DNA from: an uncultured Chloroflexia bacterium
GTDB taxonomy: Bacteria; Chloroflexota; Limnocylindria; Limnocylindrales; CSP1-4
NCBI GenBank assembly: GCA_963752475.1
Contig: CAVVYR010000008.1
Coordinates: 32,001-96,000, forward strand
Length of the DNA: 64,000 nucleotides
Direction of reading: 5' to 3'
Position numbers and translations under genes: made by a program. The notes under the pieces were generated by a model that saw nothing but the letters and a program-made list of their open reading frames with translations, did no database searches and was not told the DNA's origin. Shown here in pieces: positions 1-9,773 of the stretch (positions are counted from its first letter, which is position 1; the number at the start of each line of letters is the position of its first letter).

Positions 1-1
1 G

Positions 2-169
2 GCCGACGAGCTGGCGGCGCACTACGAGTCCGGCGGCCGAGCGATGCGTACCTGGCTGGACGAGTACGAGGTGGAGGCTGTCGACATGAGCGACGTCGCC
101 GACTCATTCTTCAACGTCAACACGCCAGCCGATCTGGCCGAGGCCGAGGAGCGCATCGCGAAGCGATGA
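2..169 (+). CDS. mobA: Molybdenum cofactor guanylyltransferase, C-terminal part (runs off window start)
   Basis: Frame 2 reads ADELAAHYESGGRAMRTWL...DSFFNVNTPADLAEAEERIAKR*; FFNVNTPxDL is the MobA C-terminal motif. Confidence 0.8.
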   Translation, partial: ADELAAHYESGGRAMRTWLDEYEVEAVDMSDVADSFFNVNTPADLAEAEERIAKR

Positions 170-234
170 CGTCCGGCACTTGGATCGGACCGTGCCGGCG
201 GCTAGCCTCGAGACTCGGCAAGGGGGTGCTCTCG

Positions 235-2081
235 ATGCGCACGATGCATGATCACGCCACCCGGTCGGCCTTGGCCGCCGTGGTGCTCACGCTGGCGGTC
301 ACGACCACGACCGCGGCGAATCAGACGGAGGAGCCGTTCCCACCAGCCACGCCGGAGAGCGTCGGGCTGTCGGGCGAGGCCCTTGGGGCGCTGGCCGACG
401 AGGTCGAAAGCTATGTCGATCGGGACATGGTCGTGGGCGCGGAACTACTGGTGATCAAGGATCGCCAGACGGTGCTGCACGAAGCCTTCGGCTGGCGGGA
501 CCGAGAGGCCGAGGTGCCGATGGAGCGTGACACGCTCTTCAACATCCGCTCCATGACCAAGCCGATCACCGGCGCCGCAGCGCAGACGCTCATCGACGAT
601 GGACTCCTCGCGCTGGACGATCGCGTCGCCGACTACTTGCGCGGCTTCGACAACGAGGCCTCCGGGGAGATCACCGTGGAGCAGCTGCTCACGCACACGA
701 GCGGCCTGCCACTCACGACAGTGCAGTCGACCGACCAGTACGACAGCCTCGGCGCCATGGCCGATGCCACCGGCGAGGGCGGACCCGAGTTCGAGCCCGG
801 CAGCAAGTTCTGGTACAGCGACGCCGGCACCGACGTGCTCGGCGCGGTGGTCGAGGTGGCCTCGGGCATGCCCCTCGCCGACTACGTGGGTGAACGCTTG
901 CTGGACCCACTCGGGATGCACGAGAGCTACTACCCGGGCGACCCTGACGACCCGCGGCTCGACCGTACGGCCAGCCTGTACGCCGGCCGGGTCGGCGAGT
1001 GGACACGGTTCTGGGGTCCGGAGGCGGAACCGTTCTACCCCTATGCCTGGGGCTCGCAGAGCCTCTACGCCACACCGCGGGACTATGCCCGCTTCCTGGC
1101 CATGTGGCTCGATGAGGGCCAGGCGGGCGGACTGGAGGTGCTCTCGCCGGAGGCGGTGGTACGAACGCTGACGCCGGTGACCGCCATGGGCTCGCTGGGC
1201 TCGGACGCAGCCCTATCCCACGCAGTTCCCGGACCTGCAGGTCTACCACGGGCAGATGGCACTGATGCACGTCGACGGTGAGCCGGTCGACGGTGAGCCG
1301 CCGGAGGGTGCTGCGCCCGAGATCGTCGGCTACAGCGGCTCGGACGGCACCATCGCCTGGGCCTGGCCCGAGCGCGACCTGATGATCCTCTACTTCACCC
1401 AGTCCCGCGGAGGTTCGAGCCCCATCCGGCTGGAGGCCGAGATCCAACGCCTCCTGCTCGAACCGTCGAGCGGGCCCGTGGCCGAGATACCGGTCGGCTA
1501 CGGCGAACTCCTGGGCATCTACACCGCGAACTTCGGGCCCTTCCGCGACGAGCCCTTCGAGATCCTCTGGCGCGACGATGAGCTGGCCTTGGACATCCCC
1601 AGCCAGTTCATCTTCCCGCTCGACCGCATCGGCGATGACGAACGCTGGGCCCTGCGTGGCGCGCCGGGCGCGGAGCTGGACTTCGCCCGCGACGAAGCGG
1701 GCGCGATCAGCGGGCTGCGGATCCATCCAGGCCGGCAGCATCTTCGACGTGCCCAAGGGCGTTCCTGAGCCAGAACCGGAGGTTGCGCTCCAGCTCGAGG
1801 ACGTCGAGCCGTACCTCGGCTGGTTCCGCGAGGAGGACAGCGGTCGCGAGGTCGAGGTGCTGTTGCATGAGGGCCGCCTGGCGGTGCGCATCCCGGAGAC
1901 GCCCGAGCCGCTGGACCTCTTCCCGCCTGACGACGAGGGCATCTGGCGCCTGCGCATGAGCCAGGCCGTGGGCTTCGAGTTCATCGAAGAGGGTGGAGAG
2001 GTCCTGTCCTACGTGGCCCGAGGGCCCGGGGGTGAGTCCACCTTCCACCGCTTCGACCCGGCCGAAACAAGCGAGGGTTGA
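235..2081 (+). CDS. Secreted serine hydrolase (beta-lactamase class C-like) with C-terminal extension; two frameshifts (~1215, ~1735)
   Basis: Signal-like N-terminus, SMTK (SxxK), LLTHTSGL, YSD, GYSGSDG; continues through ORFs 166-1281, 1256-1768 and 1578-2081. Confidence 0.8.
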
Positions 2082-2170
2082 TGGGCGACGGCTTCGTCCA
2101 GTGGAGGCCGCTCGACCCGTAGGCCCGGTCACGGCCGCGATTCGGCCGCTCGCGGTACGCTGCGCGTCCG

Positions 2171-3286
2171 ATGATCGAGACCCCAGGCTTCGATCCGTAC
2201 GAGGTCCTCGACGTAGGCCCCGACGCGGACGAGATCGTCATCCAGCTCGCGTACAAGGCGCGCATCCGTGAAGCGCACCCTGACATCGCCGGTGAGGCCG
2301 GGCTGGAGCGCACCAAGCAGCTCAACATCGCGCGCGACTGGCTGCTCGATGCCGAGCGCCGGGCGATGCTGCACGTCCCGCGCCCAACGACGCCCAGCAC
2401 CCCGGAGCCGGAACCCGTGCGGCGACGGGGGCCGCGCGTGCCGCGAGTCGATCTCAACGATCTCGGGCACCACACCGGCGAGATCCACGCCTTCCTGCAT
2501 TCGATCGCCGCCCTCACCCCGGACGAGCGTGCGCGCGTCAACTACAGCCTCGGCGACTCGCCTCCACCAGACCTCGAGCCCTATCGCGAGTACCTCGGCC
2601 CGGGTCTGTGGGCCCGATCACAGGCATTGCGCGACGAGGTCGAACGGGTGTGGGAGCGCGTGGTCGATGAGCCGGCGCCGAACCTGCCGCGGCTCGGCCG
2701 GCTGCTGCCGACGGGTTTGCTGGTGGCCAACAGCTACGCGCAGTGGATCCTGCTCGAGGACTTCTTCCGTGATGCGCTGGCGGGGCTGATGGTGCGTGGC
2801 GTTCGGGTGGCCGACACGCTGGCGGTCCGCTGCACCACTCCGTGGGTCGGCTCGGTGGGACACCCCCGATACGGCCCGCGCCAGAGCGAGGTCATGGATT
2901 TCTTCCTCGCCGCCGGCGACCTTGACACTGCCGCCGCTGAGCGCTTGGCGCACTCGTGGCGCGAGCACCTGGGCCGCGACGGCCGCGGGCACCCATCGGA
3001 GCACATCGGTCCCGGGGCCTGGCTGCCATCGCCACCGAACGTGCCCGACGTCTACAAGATCAGCGGCTACCTCGCGGCCGTGGATGCCTCGCGCATCTCG
3101 CCACCGCCCAGGCTCGACGAGTGGCTGCGCCCGGCATTCCACTACGGTCTTCGTCTCACCGCCTATGTGTCAGCGACCGGGCTCCTGGGGGAACCCGGTC
3201 GCGACTACGTACAGCCATGGCGAGATGCGGTCATGCCCAGCTCGGACCCCTCGGGTCGGCCGGTTCCCGGACGTCTCGCCGGGTAG
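2171..3286 (+). CDS. J-domain (DnaJ-like) protein with uncharacterised C-terminal region
   Basis: DPYEVLDV...AYKARIREAHPD...LNIARDWLLDAERR with HPD motif. Confidence 0.8.
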   Translation: MIETPGFDPYEVLDVGPDADEIVIQLAYKARIREAHPDIAGEAGLERTKQLNIARDWLLDAERRAMLHVPRPTTPSTPEPEPVRRRGPRVPRVDLNDLGHHTGEIHAFLHSIAALTPDERARVNYSLGDSPPPDLEPYREYLGPGLWARSQALRDEVERVWERVVDEPAPNLPRLGRLLPTGLLVANSYAQWILLEDFFRDALAGLMVRGVRVADTLAVRCTTPWVGSVGHPRYGPRQSEVMDFFLAAGDLDTAAAERLAHSWREHLGRDGRGHPSEHIGPGAWLPSPPNVPDVYKISGYLAAVDASRISPPPRLDEWLRPAFHYGLRLTAYVSATGLLGEPGRDYVQPWRDAVMPSSDPSGRPVPGRLAG

Positions 3287-3292
3287 GTTCGG

Positions 3293-3862
3293 CTAGGCGA
3301 CAGCTGCCATCTCAGCCGGCCGGTCGGCGGTCACAGCCACCTCGTCGGCGGCGACGTCGATAGCCAGCTTCACGTCCTTGCTCACGAGCCAGCCACCGCT
3401 CTCGAGCGCCATGTTCCAGGTCAGGTCCCAGGCCTCACGGTCGATCGAGGCGCTCAGCTCGAATCCCGCACGACGGCCGCCCTCCATGCCAGGCACGGTG
3501 CCGTAGTAGCGGCCCTCGAACGTGACCGGCTTGGTGATGTCGCGAATGGTGACATCAGCATGCACCTTCCAGCCGTCGCCTTCGGGCTCGATGCCGGTGA
3601 GTCTGGCCACGATCTGGGGGTACTTCTCGGCCGCGAAGAAGTCGGGCGACTTGAGGTGCTGATCGCGCTGTTCGGAGCCGGTCGAGACGCTGGCCGTACC
3701 CAAGCGGATCTCGCCGCTGGCGGTAGCGGGATCGTTGGCGTCGAGGTCGAGCTCCAGCTCACCGCTGACGTCGTCGAAGGCGCCACGGACGGTCGAGATC
3801 ATCATGTGCTTGACCGCGAAGGTCACGTCGGTGTGGGATGGATCGATCTTCCAGGTGCTCAT
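3293..3862 (-). CDS. YceI family lipid/polyisoprenoid-binding protein
   Basis: WKIDPSHT, F.VKHMMISTVRG.F, RDQHLKSPDFF, LESGGWLVS. Confidence 0.93.
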   Translation of the reverse strand: MSTWKIDPSHTDVTFAVKHMMISTVRGAFDDVSGELELDLDANDPATASGEIRLGTASVSTGSEQRDQHLKSPDFFAAEKYPQIVARLTGIEPEGDGWKVHADVTIRDITKPVTFEGRYYGTVPGMEGGRRAGFELSASIDREAWDLTWNMALESGGWLVSKDVKLAIDVAADEVAVTADRPAEMAAVA

Positions 3863-3913
3863 CAGGGGCTCCTCTCTTCTCTTCTGGCGGTCCCGGTCTC
3901 GTTCCCGCTTATA

Positions 3914-3972
3914 GTTGCGTGGTCAACCAAGTGGTTGCATGAGCAACCATATCAGATGATTGACGGGGCAAC
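3914..3972. promoter_or_regulatory. Three GTTG-N6-CAAC boxes, probable MarR operator between divergent yceI and marR
   Basis: GTTGCGTGGTCAAC 3914-3927; TGGTTGCATGAGCAACCA 3932-3949; ATTGACGGGGCAAC 3959-3972. Confidence 0.7.
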
Positions 3973-4003
3973 AACCCCTGAGGATTTCGCTATCCTGTGG
4001 GAC

Positions 4004-4516
4004 ATGGCCGAGATCGACTCCACTACCACTGCCACCGCCACCGCCAGTGCCGAGCGCTCGCGGGGCGATGTCTCACCGCGGGACCCACGCCTCGCGGGCT
4101 GGCGCAGCTTCCTGACCGCCTACAGCGTCATCACCCGCCAGCTCGACGACGAGCTGCGCGACGAGACCGGCCTCTCGCTCTTCGAGTACTCCGCGCTGCT
4201 GCACCTCGCCGAGGCCGACGACCGGCGGCTGCGGATGAGCGACCTCGCCCAGGGCATCGTCCTCACGCGCAGTGGCGTGACACGGCTAGTCGACCGACTG
4301 GTGCGGGACGGACTGGTCGAGCGCGGCCGGTGCGCAGATGACGGCCGTGGTTCGGAGGCCCGCCTCACCGAAACGGGCCTGGAGCGACTGCGTGAGGCCA
4401 GCAAGGTCCACCTCCGTGGCATCGACGACTACTACTTCGCAGCGGTCTCGGCAGAGGACCAGGCGGTCGTGGAGCGTGCGATGGAGAGCGTGATCGAAGG
4501 CCTGCGCAAGCCCTAG
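4004..4516 (+). CDS. MarR family transcriptional regulator (RosR-like)
   Basis: LRMSDLA...LTRSGVTRLVDRL..DGLVER..C.DDGRG...LT..G winged helix. Confidence 0.92.
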   Translation: MAEIDSTTTATATASAERSRGDVSPRDPRLAGWRSFLTAYSVITRQLDDELRDETGLSLFEYSALLHLAEADDRRLRMSDLAQGIVLTRSGVTRLVDRLVRDGLVERGRCADDGRGSEARLTETGLERLREASKVHLRGIDDYYFAAVSAEDQAVVERAMESVIEGLRKP

Positions 4517-5106
4517 TCCAGGCGCAACCCCATGGTCACGCCGCCGATCCCGTCCTCGAGGAGGGCGAAGCCCAGGTGACGGTAGAACCCGATGGCGTTG
4601 CCGTTGCGCTTGTCCACGCCCATGTGGACGCCGCACACACGACGGTCCCGTAGCTCAGCGAACAGCCGCTCGAGGAGCGTCCGCCCCAGGCCCGATCCGC
4701 GAGTGCGTTCGAGCAGGTTGATGTGGAAGTGCGCCGGGTAGGCAGCCACGATCTCCGCCGACGCCCGGTCAGGCTCGTGGATGAGGCGGACGATGCGCCC
4801 CGCTGGCGTGTCGTCGTCGGTCCTGGGATAGCGCTGGCGCAACGGCGGCCACCAGCGCTCCTCGGCCCAGGCCGAGAAGGCTGACGTGTCGTCGGTCGAG
4901 ACGACGCACCCGGCGATGCCCCGCTCGTCCACGACCACGAGCTGGGTGCCGGTGCCCCGCGCGAGGTACGGTCCGGCATAGACGTGTCCTGGCAGGTCCG
5001 GGTCCGGGTAGAGCGCGGTGGCGTCGGCCCCAGCGTCGCCGGTCAGGATGAAGACGCGGTAGATGCCGGCCATGTCGGCGAGGCCGGCAGGCTCGACGCG
5101 GAACAC
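4513..5106 (-). CDS. GNAT family N-acetyltransferase
   Basis: GTG start; YPAHFHINLL...RGSGLGR acetyl-CoA motif; N.NAIGFY..LGF. Confidence 0.88.
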   Translation of the reverse strand: MFRVEPAGLADMAGIYRVFILTGDAGADATALYPDPDLPGHVYAGPYLARGTGTQLVVVDERGIAGCVVSTDDTSAFSAWAEERWWPPLRQRYPRTDDDTPAGRIVRLIHEPDRASAEIVAAYPAHFHINLLERTRGSGLGRTLLERLFAELRDRRVCGVHMGVDKRNGNAIGFYRHLGFALLEDGIGGVTMGLRLD

Positions 5107-5107
5107 C

Positions 5108-5305
5108 TCAGGACATCTCCAGGAACATGTACAGGCCCGCGATCGCGACGACCACGACGACGAGGGCCACGGCCAGCCAGACGGGCGCTCCGAACTGGAT
5201 CGCCAGCCAGCCCACACCGATGGCCAGGATGACGATCACGATGGCCGTGATGATGAGGATCGAAAGCGCTCGCTTCTGGTCGGACGTCATGGGACGTCGG
5301 GGCAC
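5108..5305 (-). CDS. Small two-TM membrane protein
   Basis: 65 aa with two hydrophobic helices; GAAGGAGG RBS upstream; abuts the GNAT start. Confidence 0.65.
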   Translation of the reverse strand: MPRRPMTSDQKRALSILIITAIVIVILAIGVGWLAIQFGAPVWLAVALVVVVVAIAGLYMFLEMS

Positions 5306-5350
5306 GATGCACCTCCTTCTGCCCTGAGGGTACCGATAGACTCGGGAGCC

Positions 5351-6094
5351 GTGGGCTTCGAACGCGAGACAGACCTGTACGCGCCGGTCAAGGCATTCCT
5401 CGAGCAGCAGGGCTACGAGGTCAAGTCAGAGGTCATCGGCTGCGATCTTGTTGCCCGCCGCGGGGACGAACCGCCCGTGGTGGTCGAGCTCAAGATGAGC
5501 TTCACTCTCCCGCTCGTGCTCCAGGGCGTCGACCGGCTCTCGCTCTCGGACGATGTCTACCTGGCGGTGGGCGTGCCGGCCAAGCCTGCGGCCGGTTCGA
5601 TCTGGCGCCGCGAGCGTCGGACCATCCTCAAGCTATGCCGTCGCTTGGGGCTGGGTCTGCTGGCCGTGCACGAGCCGACCGCGCGCAGGCCGGCACTGGT
5701 GGAGCCGATGCTCGACCCCGTGCCCTACAAGCCGCGACCGGACCGGCGGCGGCAGGGGCTGCTGCTCAAGGAGTTCGCTCACCGCGTTGGTGACCCCAAC
5801 ACCGGCGGCACGACCAAGCGGCCCATCGTCACGGCCTACCGCCAGGATGCCCTCCGCTGCGCGACGGTGCTCGATGCGCAGGGCCCGACCAAGGCATCCC
5901 AGGTAGCAACGGCAGCCGGCGTGCCCCAGGCTGCGGGCTTGATGTATCGGGACGTCTACGGCTGGTTCCAACGGATCGATCGCGGCGTCTACGAGCTCTC
6001 GCCCAAGGGCCTGGTAGCACTCGAGACCTATGCCGACGTGGTCGAGGCCCTGGGATCGGACGCACCCGATGAAGGCACCCATCCCGGCGCTTGA
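5351..6094 (+). CDS. DUF2161 family putative PD-(D/E)XK-fold protein
   Basis: RETDLYAPVKAFLE..GYEVK.EV..CD, VELK, TAYRQDALRCA, YGWF.RI.RGVY. Confidence 0.85.
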   Translation: MGFERETDLYAPVKAFLEQQGYEVKSEVIGCDLVARRGDEPPVVVELKMSFTLPLVLQGVDRLSLSDDVYLAVGVPAKPAAGSIWRRERRTILKLCRRLGLGLLAVHEPTARRPALVEPMLDPVPYKPRPDRRRQGLLLKEFAHRVGDPNTGGTTKRPIVTAYRQDALRCATVLDAQGPTKASQVATAAGVPQAAGLMYRDVYGWFQRIDRGVYELSPKGLVALETYADVVEALGSDAPDEGTHPGA

Positions 6095-6193
6095 TCCTCG
6101 CTTTCGGACGGTGGCTCGGGCTCGTGGAGCGACACGACCCGCCGGCGCCCACGTATCCTTCTTGGCCACTGCACCGATCCACGGAGATTTCAA

Positions 6194-7111
6194 ATGCCTA
6201 GCCGACTCCTGCGCACCACCGTCCTCGCCTGTACCTCGCTGCTCGTGGCCGTTCCGGTCGTGGCCCTCGACTCGGAGACCGGGGTCGACGTGACCGACCC
6301 TGGAGAGGAGCCTCGATCCGAGCTTCGCTACGACTGGAGCGCGGGGCTCACGGGCACGACCATCACAAGGACCGACGGCAGCATCACGACGACGCTCAAC
6401 AGCGTCCCGGCGTCTGATGAAGAGGCCTCCCTCGAGATGAGCGTCAGCCGGACCGTGACCGAGGTCGACGAGGAGGGCAATGCGCGCGTCGAGTTCAGCG
6501 TGCAGGCACCAGAGCGCGACGGCCCGAGGGTGGAGATCCCCGCTGCCGAGATGCTTCCCGGTGACGTTGCCGACACGCTCTGGTCCGAGCTGGCCGGGCT
6601 CAGCGAGTACAGCGGCTGGATGCTGCTGGACTCCCGCGGCGTGCTGCTCGACTACGGCGTCGACGGGCTCGGCGAGGCCACGGCTGAGTTCCTGGTGCAG
6701 ACGCGCGGCCTCGCCGGCGAGGTCACGGTCCTGCCCGAAGAGCCGGTCGGCGTCGGCGCCACGTGGGAGACATACACCGAGATCTACGATGCCAGCCTGA
6801 CCTTCGAGTCCGAGGCTGTCACGACCCTCGTCGCGATCGACGGCGCGACGCTCACGCTCGAGGAGGAGACGAGCGTGCTGCAGGAACCCGATCTGTCGGC
6901 GCTGGAGCAGTTGGCCACGACGGCCGGCGCGATCTACGCCAGCCAGCAGGCCGATAGCTCGTGGACCACCGAGCTCGCCCTCGACGGCCTCGGACAGACC
7001 GGCACGGGTGAGGCCGCGCTGACGTTCATCGCTGGCGCCGCGGTCTCGTCCACGGGCGAGGAGGTCGAGACGGACCTGCGGCTGGAGCTCGTCGCTACCG
7101 CCGGCGAGTAG
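6194..7111 (+). CDS. Secreted hypothetical protein (DUF6263-like)
   Basis: Signal peptide, PGEEPRSELRY, LPEEPVGVGATW motif; GGAG RBS. Confidence 0.7.
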   Translation: MPSRLLRTTVLACTSLLVAVPVVALDSETGVDVTDPGEEPRSELRYDWSAGLTGTTITRTDGSITTTLNSVPASDEEASLEMSVSRTVTEVDEEGNARVEFSVQAPERDGPRVEIPAAEMLPGDVADTLWSELAGLSEYSGWMLLDSRGVLLDYGVDGLGEATAEFLVQTRGLAGEVTVLPEEPVGVGATWETYTEIYDASLTFESEAVTTLVAIDGATLTLEEETSVLQEPDLSALEQLATTAGAIYASQQADSSWTTELALDGLGQTGTGEAALTFIAGAAVSSTGEEVETDLRLELVATAGE

Positions 7112-7115
7112 TCGG

Positions 7116-8324
7116 TCAGCCTGCTGGAGCCTCCGTCGCCTTGGCTTCCTCGGGCACCTCGCTCGCGGACATTGCGGATGCATCACGGACGATGTCCCGC
7201 ATGGCCGGCCACAGCTGCTGTGCGAAGGTCGCCGTGAGATGGCTCTCGTTGCGCCACATCAGGGTGGACTCGCTGACGACCGGACAGGGGTCGTAGGGGC
7301 AGACGTGCTCGGTCAGGCTGGAGAAGATCGCTCCGTTAGCCTCGGCTGTCTCACGCTCTGCTTCATCATGCTCGCGGAACAGCGCCTGCCCTCGACGGGT
7401 CGTGCAGTCGGAGAGCATGACGTCTGTTTGGGCCAGGCACGACACCGGGTTGCGTCGAAGGTTGGGCGTGTCTGCCAGCACGACGGCCTGCGTCTCGTCG
7501 GGCAGCGCCTGTAGCACTCGCTCCAGGCCTGATTGCCACAGCGGCTCCTTGGCTTCGCCGTAGACGCGCTCCCCCGCCTCGTCGGTGAGCGGATAGCGGC
7601 CGGCGTTGGAGACGATGACGACGTCGTGCGGGTTCTCGACCAGCCACTCGAGGGCCGACTCGCGCCAGCGCGCACACGGTGCGGCGTAATCGTCGTAGGC
7701 GGCCCCCGAGAAGGTCACGTCGACCGACGGACAGGCTGAGCGCGTGAGCGTCGTGATCGCCCAGCCCTCACGGCGGCCGGCCTTGTCCAGCGCGGGCAGC
7801 CACTGCAGCGCGTGCGAGTCGCCGAAGAGTGCGACCCGGGTCTCGGACTTCTTCCTGCCGTAGGTGCAGGGCCGGATGACCGCCGAGTCGACCGTCGTGT
7901 GGCAACCGTTCGAGTAGCTCTCCGGCTGGTCGTAGAAGGCGTCCCGAGGCAGCGGATCGAGCGGCCGCGGTACCGGGCGGGTGTCCTGGTCGGCAGCATT
8001 GGGGATGCCGTTCTCGTTGGAGTCCTCGGCTCCATCGCGCACCCCGTCGCCGTCGCTGTCGGGGTCGGTAGGGTCGGTCTTGAAGCGCTGCTCACCGAGG
8101 TTGCTGAGCCGGTCGCCATCCTCGTCTTCGAGCGAGTCCTTGATGCCGTCGCGGTCGCTGTCCCGCTTCTCGGGATCGGTCGCACCCCAGCGCGACTCGA
8201 AGCGATCCCAGAGCCCGTCGCCATCGGTGTCACCCTGGCCCTGCGCGAACGTCCCGGCAGGCAGGAGCAGTAGCGCGCAGGCGAGGAGGACGGAAAGCGT
8301 GCAGCGTGCACAGTGGGAAGCCAT
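7116..8324 (-). CDS. Secreted SGNH-hydrolase-domain protein with N-terminal DxDxDG calcium-binding-type repeats
   Basis: Signal peptide; DTDGDG, DSDRDG, DEDGDR, DSDGDG; GDSHA block I; Cys-rich; C-terminal NESHLT. Confidence 0.8.
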   Translation of the reverse strand: MASHCARCTLSVLLACALLLLPAGTFAQGQGDTDGDGLWDRFESRWGATDPEKRDSDRDGIKDSLEDEDGDRLSNLGEQRFKTDPTDPDSDGDGVRDGAEDSNENGIPNAADQDTRPVPRPLDPLPRDAFYDQPESYSNGCHTTVDSAVIRPCTYGRKKSETRVALFGDSHALQWLPALDKAGRREGWAITTLTRSACPSVDVTFSGAAYDDYAAPCARWRESALEWLVENPHDVVIVSNAGRYPLTDEAGERVYGEAKEPLWQSGLERVLQALPDETQAVVLADTPNLRRNPVSCLAQTDVMLSDCTTRRGQALFREHDEAERETAEANGAIFSSLTEHVCPYDPCPVVSESTLMWRNESHLTATFAQQLWPAMRDIVRDASAMSASEVPEEAKATEAPAG

Positions 8325-8386
8325 GGCGCCGCCATGGTAACGAAGCGGAGTGTGGGCGGCGCACGCGTTGGGCAGAATGGGAGGCG

Positions 8387-8992
8387 ATGACCGACCACCC
8401 GCACCACGACCATCAGCACACCCACGAGGACCAGGCCACGTCAACGGACTACCGCACGTGGGTCAAGTCGCAGCGCCTGAGCAAGGACCAGTACCTCAAG
8501 CGTTCGGCCCGCAGCCCCATCCCGCCCGACGAGCGGGCGAGCTTCGGGGGCCTCCACTACTACGCGGTCGACCCCAGCCTGCGCTTCGAGTACCTCGAGC
8601 TTGGCCCGGTACCCGACGGACTCGAAGAGGAGATCCACGTCCAGACGAGCGACGGCGCCGTACGCCACGGCAGTCGGGTCGGGACCTTCGACTTCGCCAT
8701 CGCGGGCGTGGGCTACCAGCTGGTGGCGCTGCGGCTCGTGGGTTCGCCGGAGGACGAGCTGTTCGTGCCCTTCCGCGACGCCACCAACTCCGACGAGACG
8801 TACGAGGCCGGTCGCTACCTCGACCTGGCGGCCCAGGAGGACGGGACCCACGACCTCGACTTCAACCTTGCCTATGCCCCATTCTGCGCCTACTCTCCGG
8901 CCTACTCCTGCCCGCTGCCGCCGATGGAGAATTGGCTCAACGTCAGGATCGAAGCCGGAGAGCGGAACCCGCTGGGAGGCCGAACGGAGTGA
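8387..8992 (+). CDS. DUF1684 domain protein
   Basis: SPIP, LFVPFRDATN..ETY.AGRYL, LDFNLAY.P.CAY...YSCPLPP.EN.L...IEAGE. Confidence 0.92.
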   Translation: MTDHPHHDHQHTHEDQATSTDYRTWVKSQRLSKDQYLKRSARSPIPPDERASFGGLHYYAVDPSLRFEYLELGPVPDGLEEEIHVQTSDGAVRHGSRVGTFDFAIAGVGYQLVALRLVGSPEDELFVPFRDATNSDETYEAGRYLDLAAQEDGTHDLDFNLAYAPFCAYSPAYSCPLPPMENWLNVRIEAGERNPLGGRTE

Positions 8993-9411
8993 CGCACGAG
9001 TACGTCATCGCGCTCAACGGCCATGTCGAACCTGATCCCGCCGGGGACTCGGAGGAGACAGCGCTGGCGTGGGCGTCTGACGCTGTCCTGGCCGTAGGTC
9101 CGGACGAGGTCGTGCGCGCCATCTCGCGGGGTGACTCCCACTTCATCGATCTCTGCGGCTGCCTCGTCACGCCGCTGCCGGAGGCTCCTTCAGAGGCCAA
9201 TTCGCTCATCCGCGAGGAGCACGCGAGGGGCGCCGACGTGGCGCGCCTGCTCGTCGAGTCGGGGCTCCTCTCATCGGAGGCGTCGTTGGAGCCCGGCGCA
9301 CCAGCCGACCTCGCCTTCTGGGACGAGTCGGGGTTGGTGGCCATCGTCCGCGCCGGTCACTTCCTTGACGGAGACCAGCACCGAGGTCCGTTCCCTCTGG
9401 CCGACCGATAG
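8989..9411 (+). CDS. Hypothetical protein resembling only the beta-sandwich part of amidohydrolases
   Basis: GTGA overlap with DUF1684 stop; ALAW...VLAVG...IDLCGCLVTP and SLEPGAPADLAFWD. Confidence 0.65.
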   Translation: MTHEYVIALNGHVEPDPAGDSEETALAWASDAVLAVGPDEVVRAISRGDSHFIDLCGCLVTPLPEAPSEANSLIREEHARGADVARLLVESGLLSSEASLEPGAPADLAFWDESGLVAIVRAGHFLDGDQHRGPFPLADR

Positions 9412-9509
9412 GCGGAGCTCATCCCGGATGGAGCGACGCCAACGCCCTTCAGCAGTGTGCTCGATGCACGAGTGGCTCTCTGGTATCCATCGCCCCGCCC
9501 AGGCCGGGA

Positions 9510-9734
9510 TCAGAAGGGCTGCTCCTCACCGGCATGGTCGAAGGTGACGCCCTGCGCTAGGTAGGTGCTGGCCAGCGCTTCAGCGCGCCGCTGCAGGTCC
9601 TCCTGCGACATCTGTTCGATCTCAGAGTAGACGGCCTCGTATGGACCGCGGACCTTGCCCTCCACGTCCATGGCCTCGTCCCACGCACGGCCGGGCGCGT
9701 AGTCGAGCCAGGGCGTGATCTCGGGTCTGCTCAT
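9510..9734 (-). pseudogene. N-terminal fragment of a circularly permuted type-2 ATP-grasp protein
   Basis: WDEAMD..G.VR.PY...L.RRAEAL...YL.QGVTF...GEEQPF then stop; no continuation seen downstream. Confidence 0.6.
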
Positions 9735-9773
9735 CTGCCGAGGGTAGCGTGCGTGGTCGGGGCTCGGCGTGGG

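Noticed and set aside
1271-1300. 15-bp tandem duplication GTCGACGGTGAGCCG
   Set aside because: In-frame VDGEP duplication in a loop, only two copies; not an array
5633-7186. Long antisense or alternative-frame ORFs (this one and many others in the track)
   Set aside because: Shadow ORFs expected in high-GC DNA; they overlap well-supported genes and lack motifs
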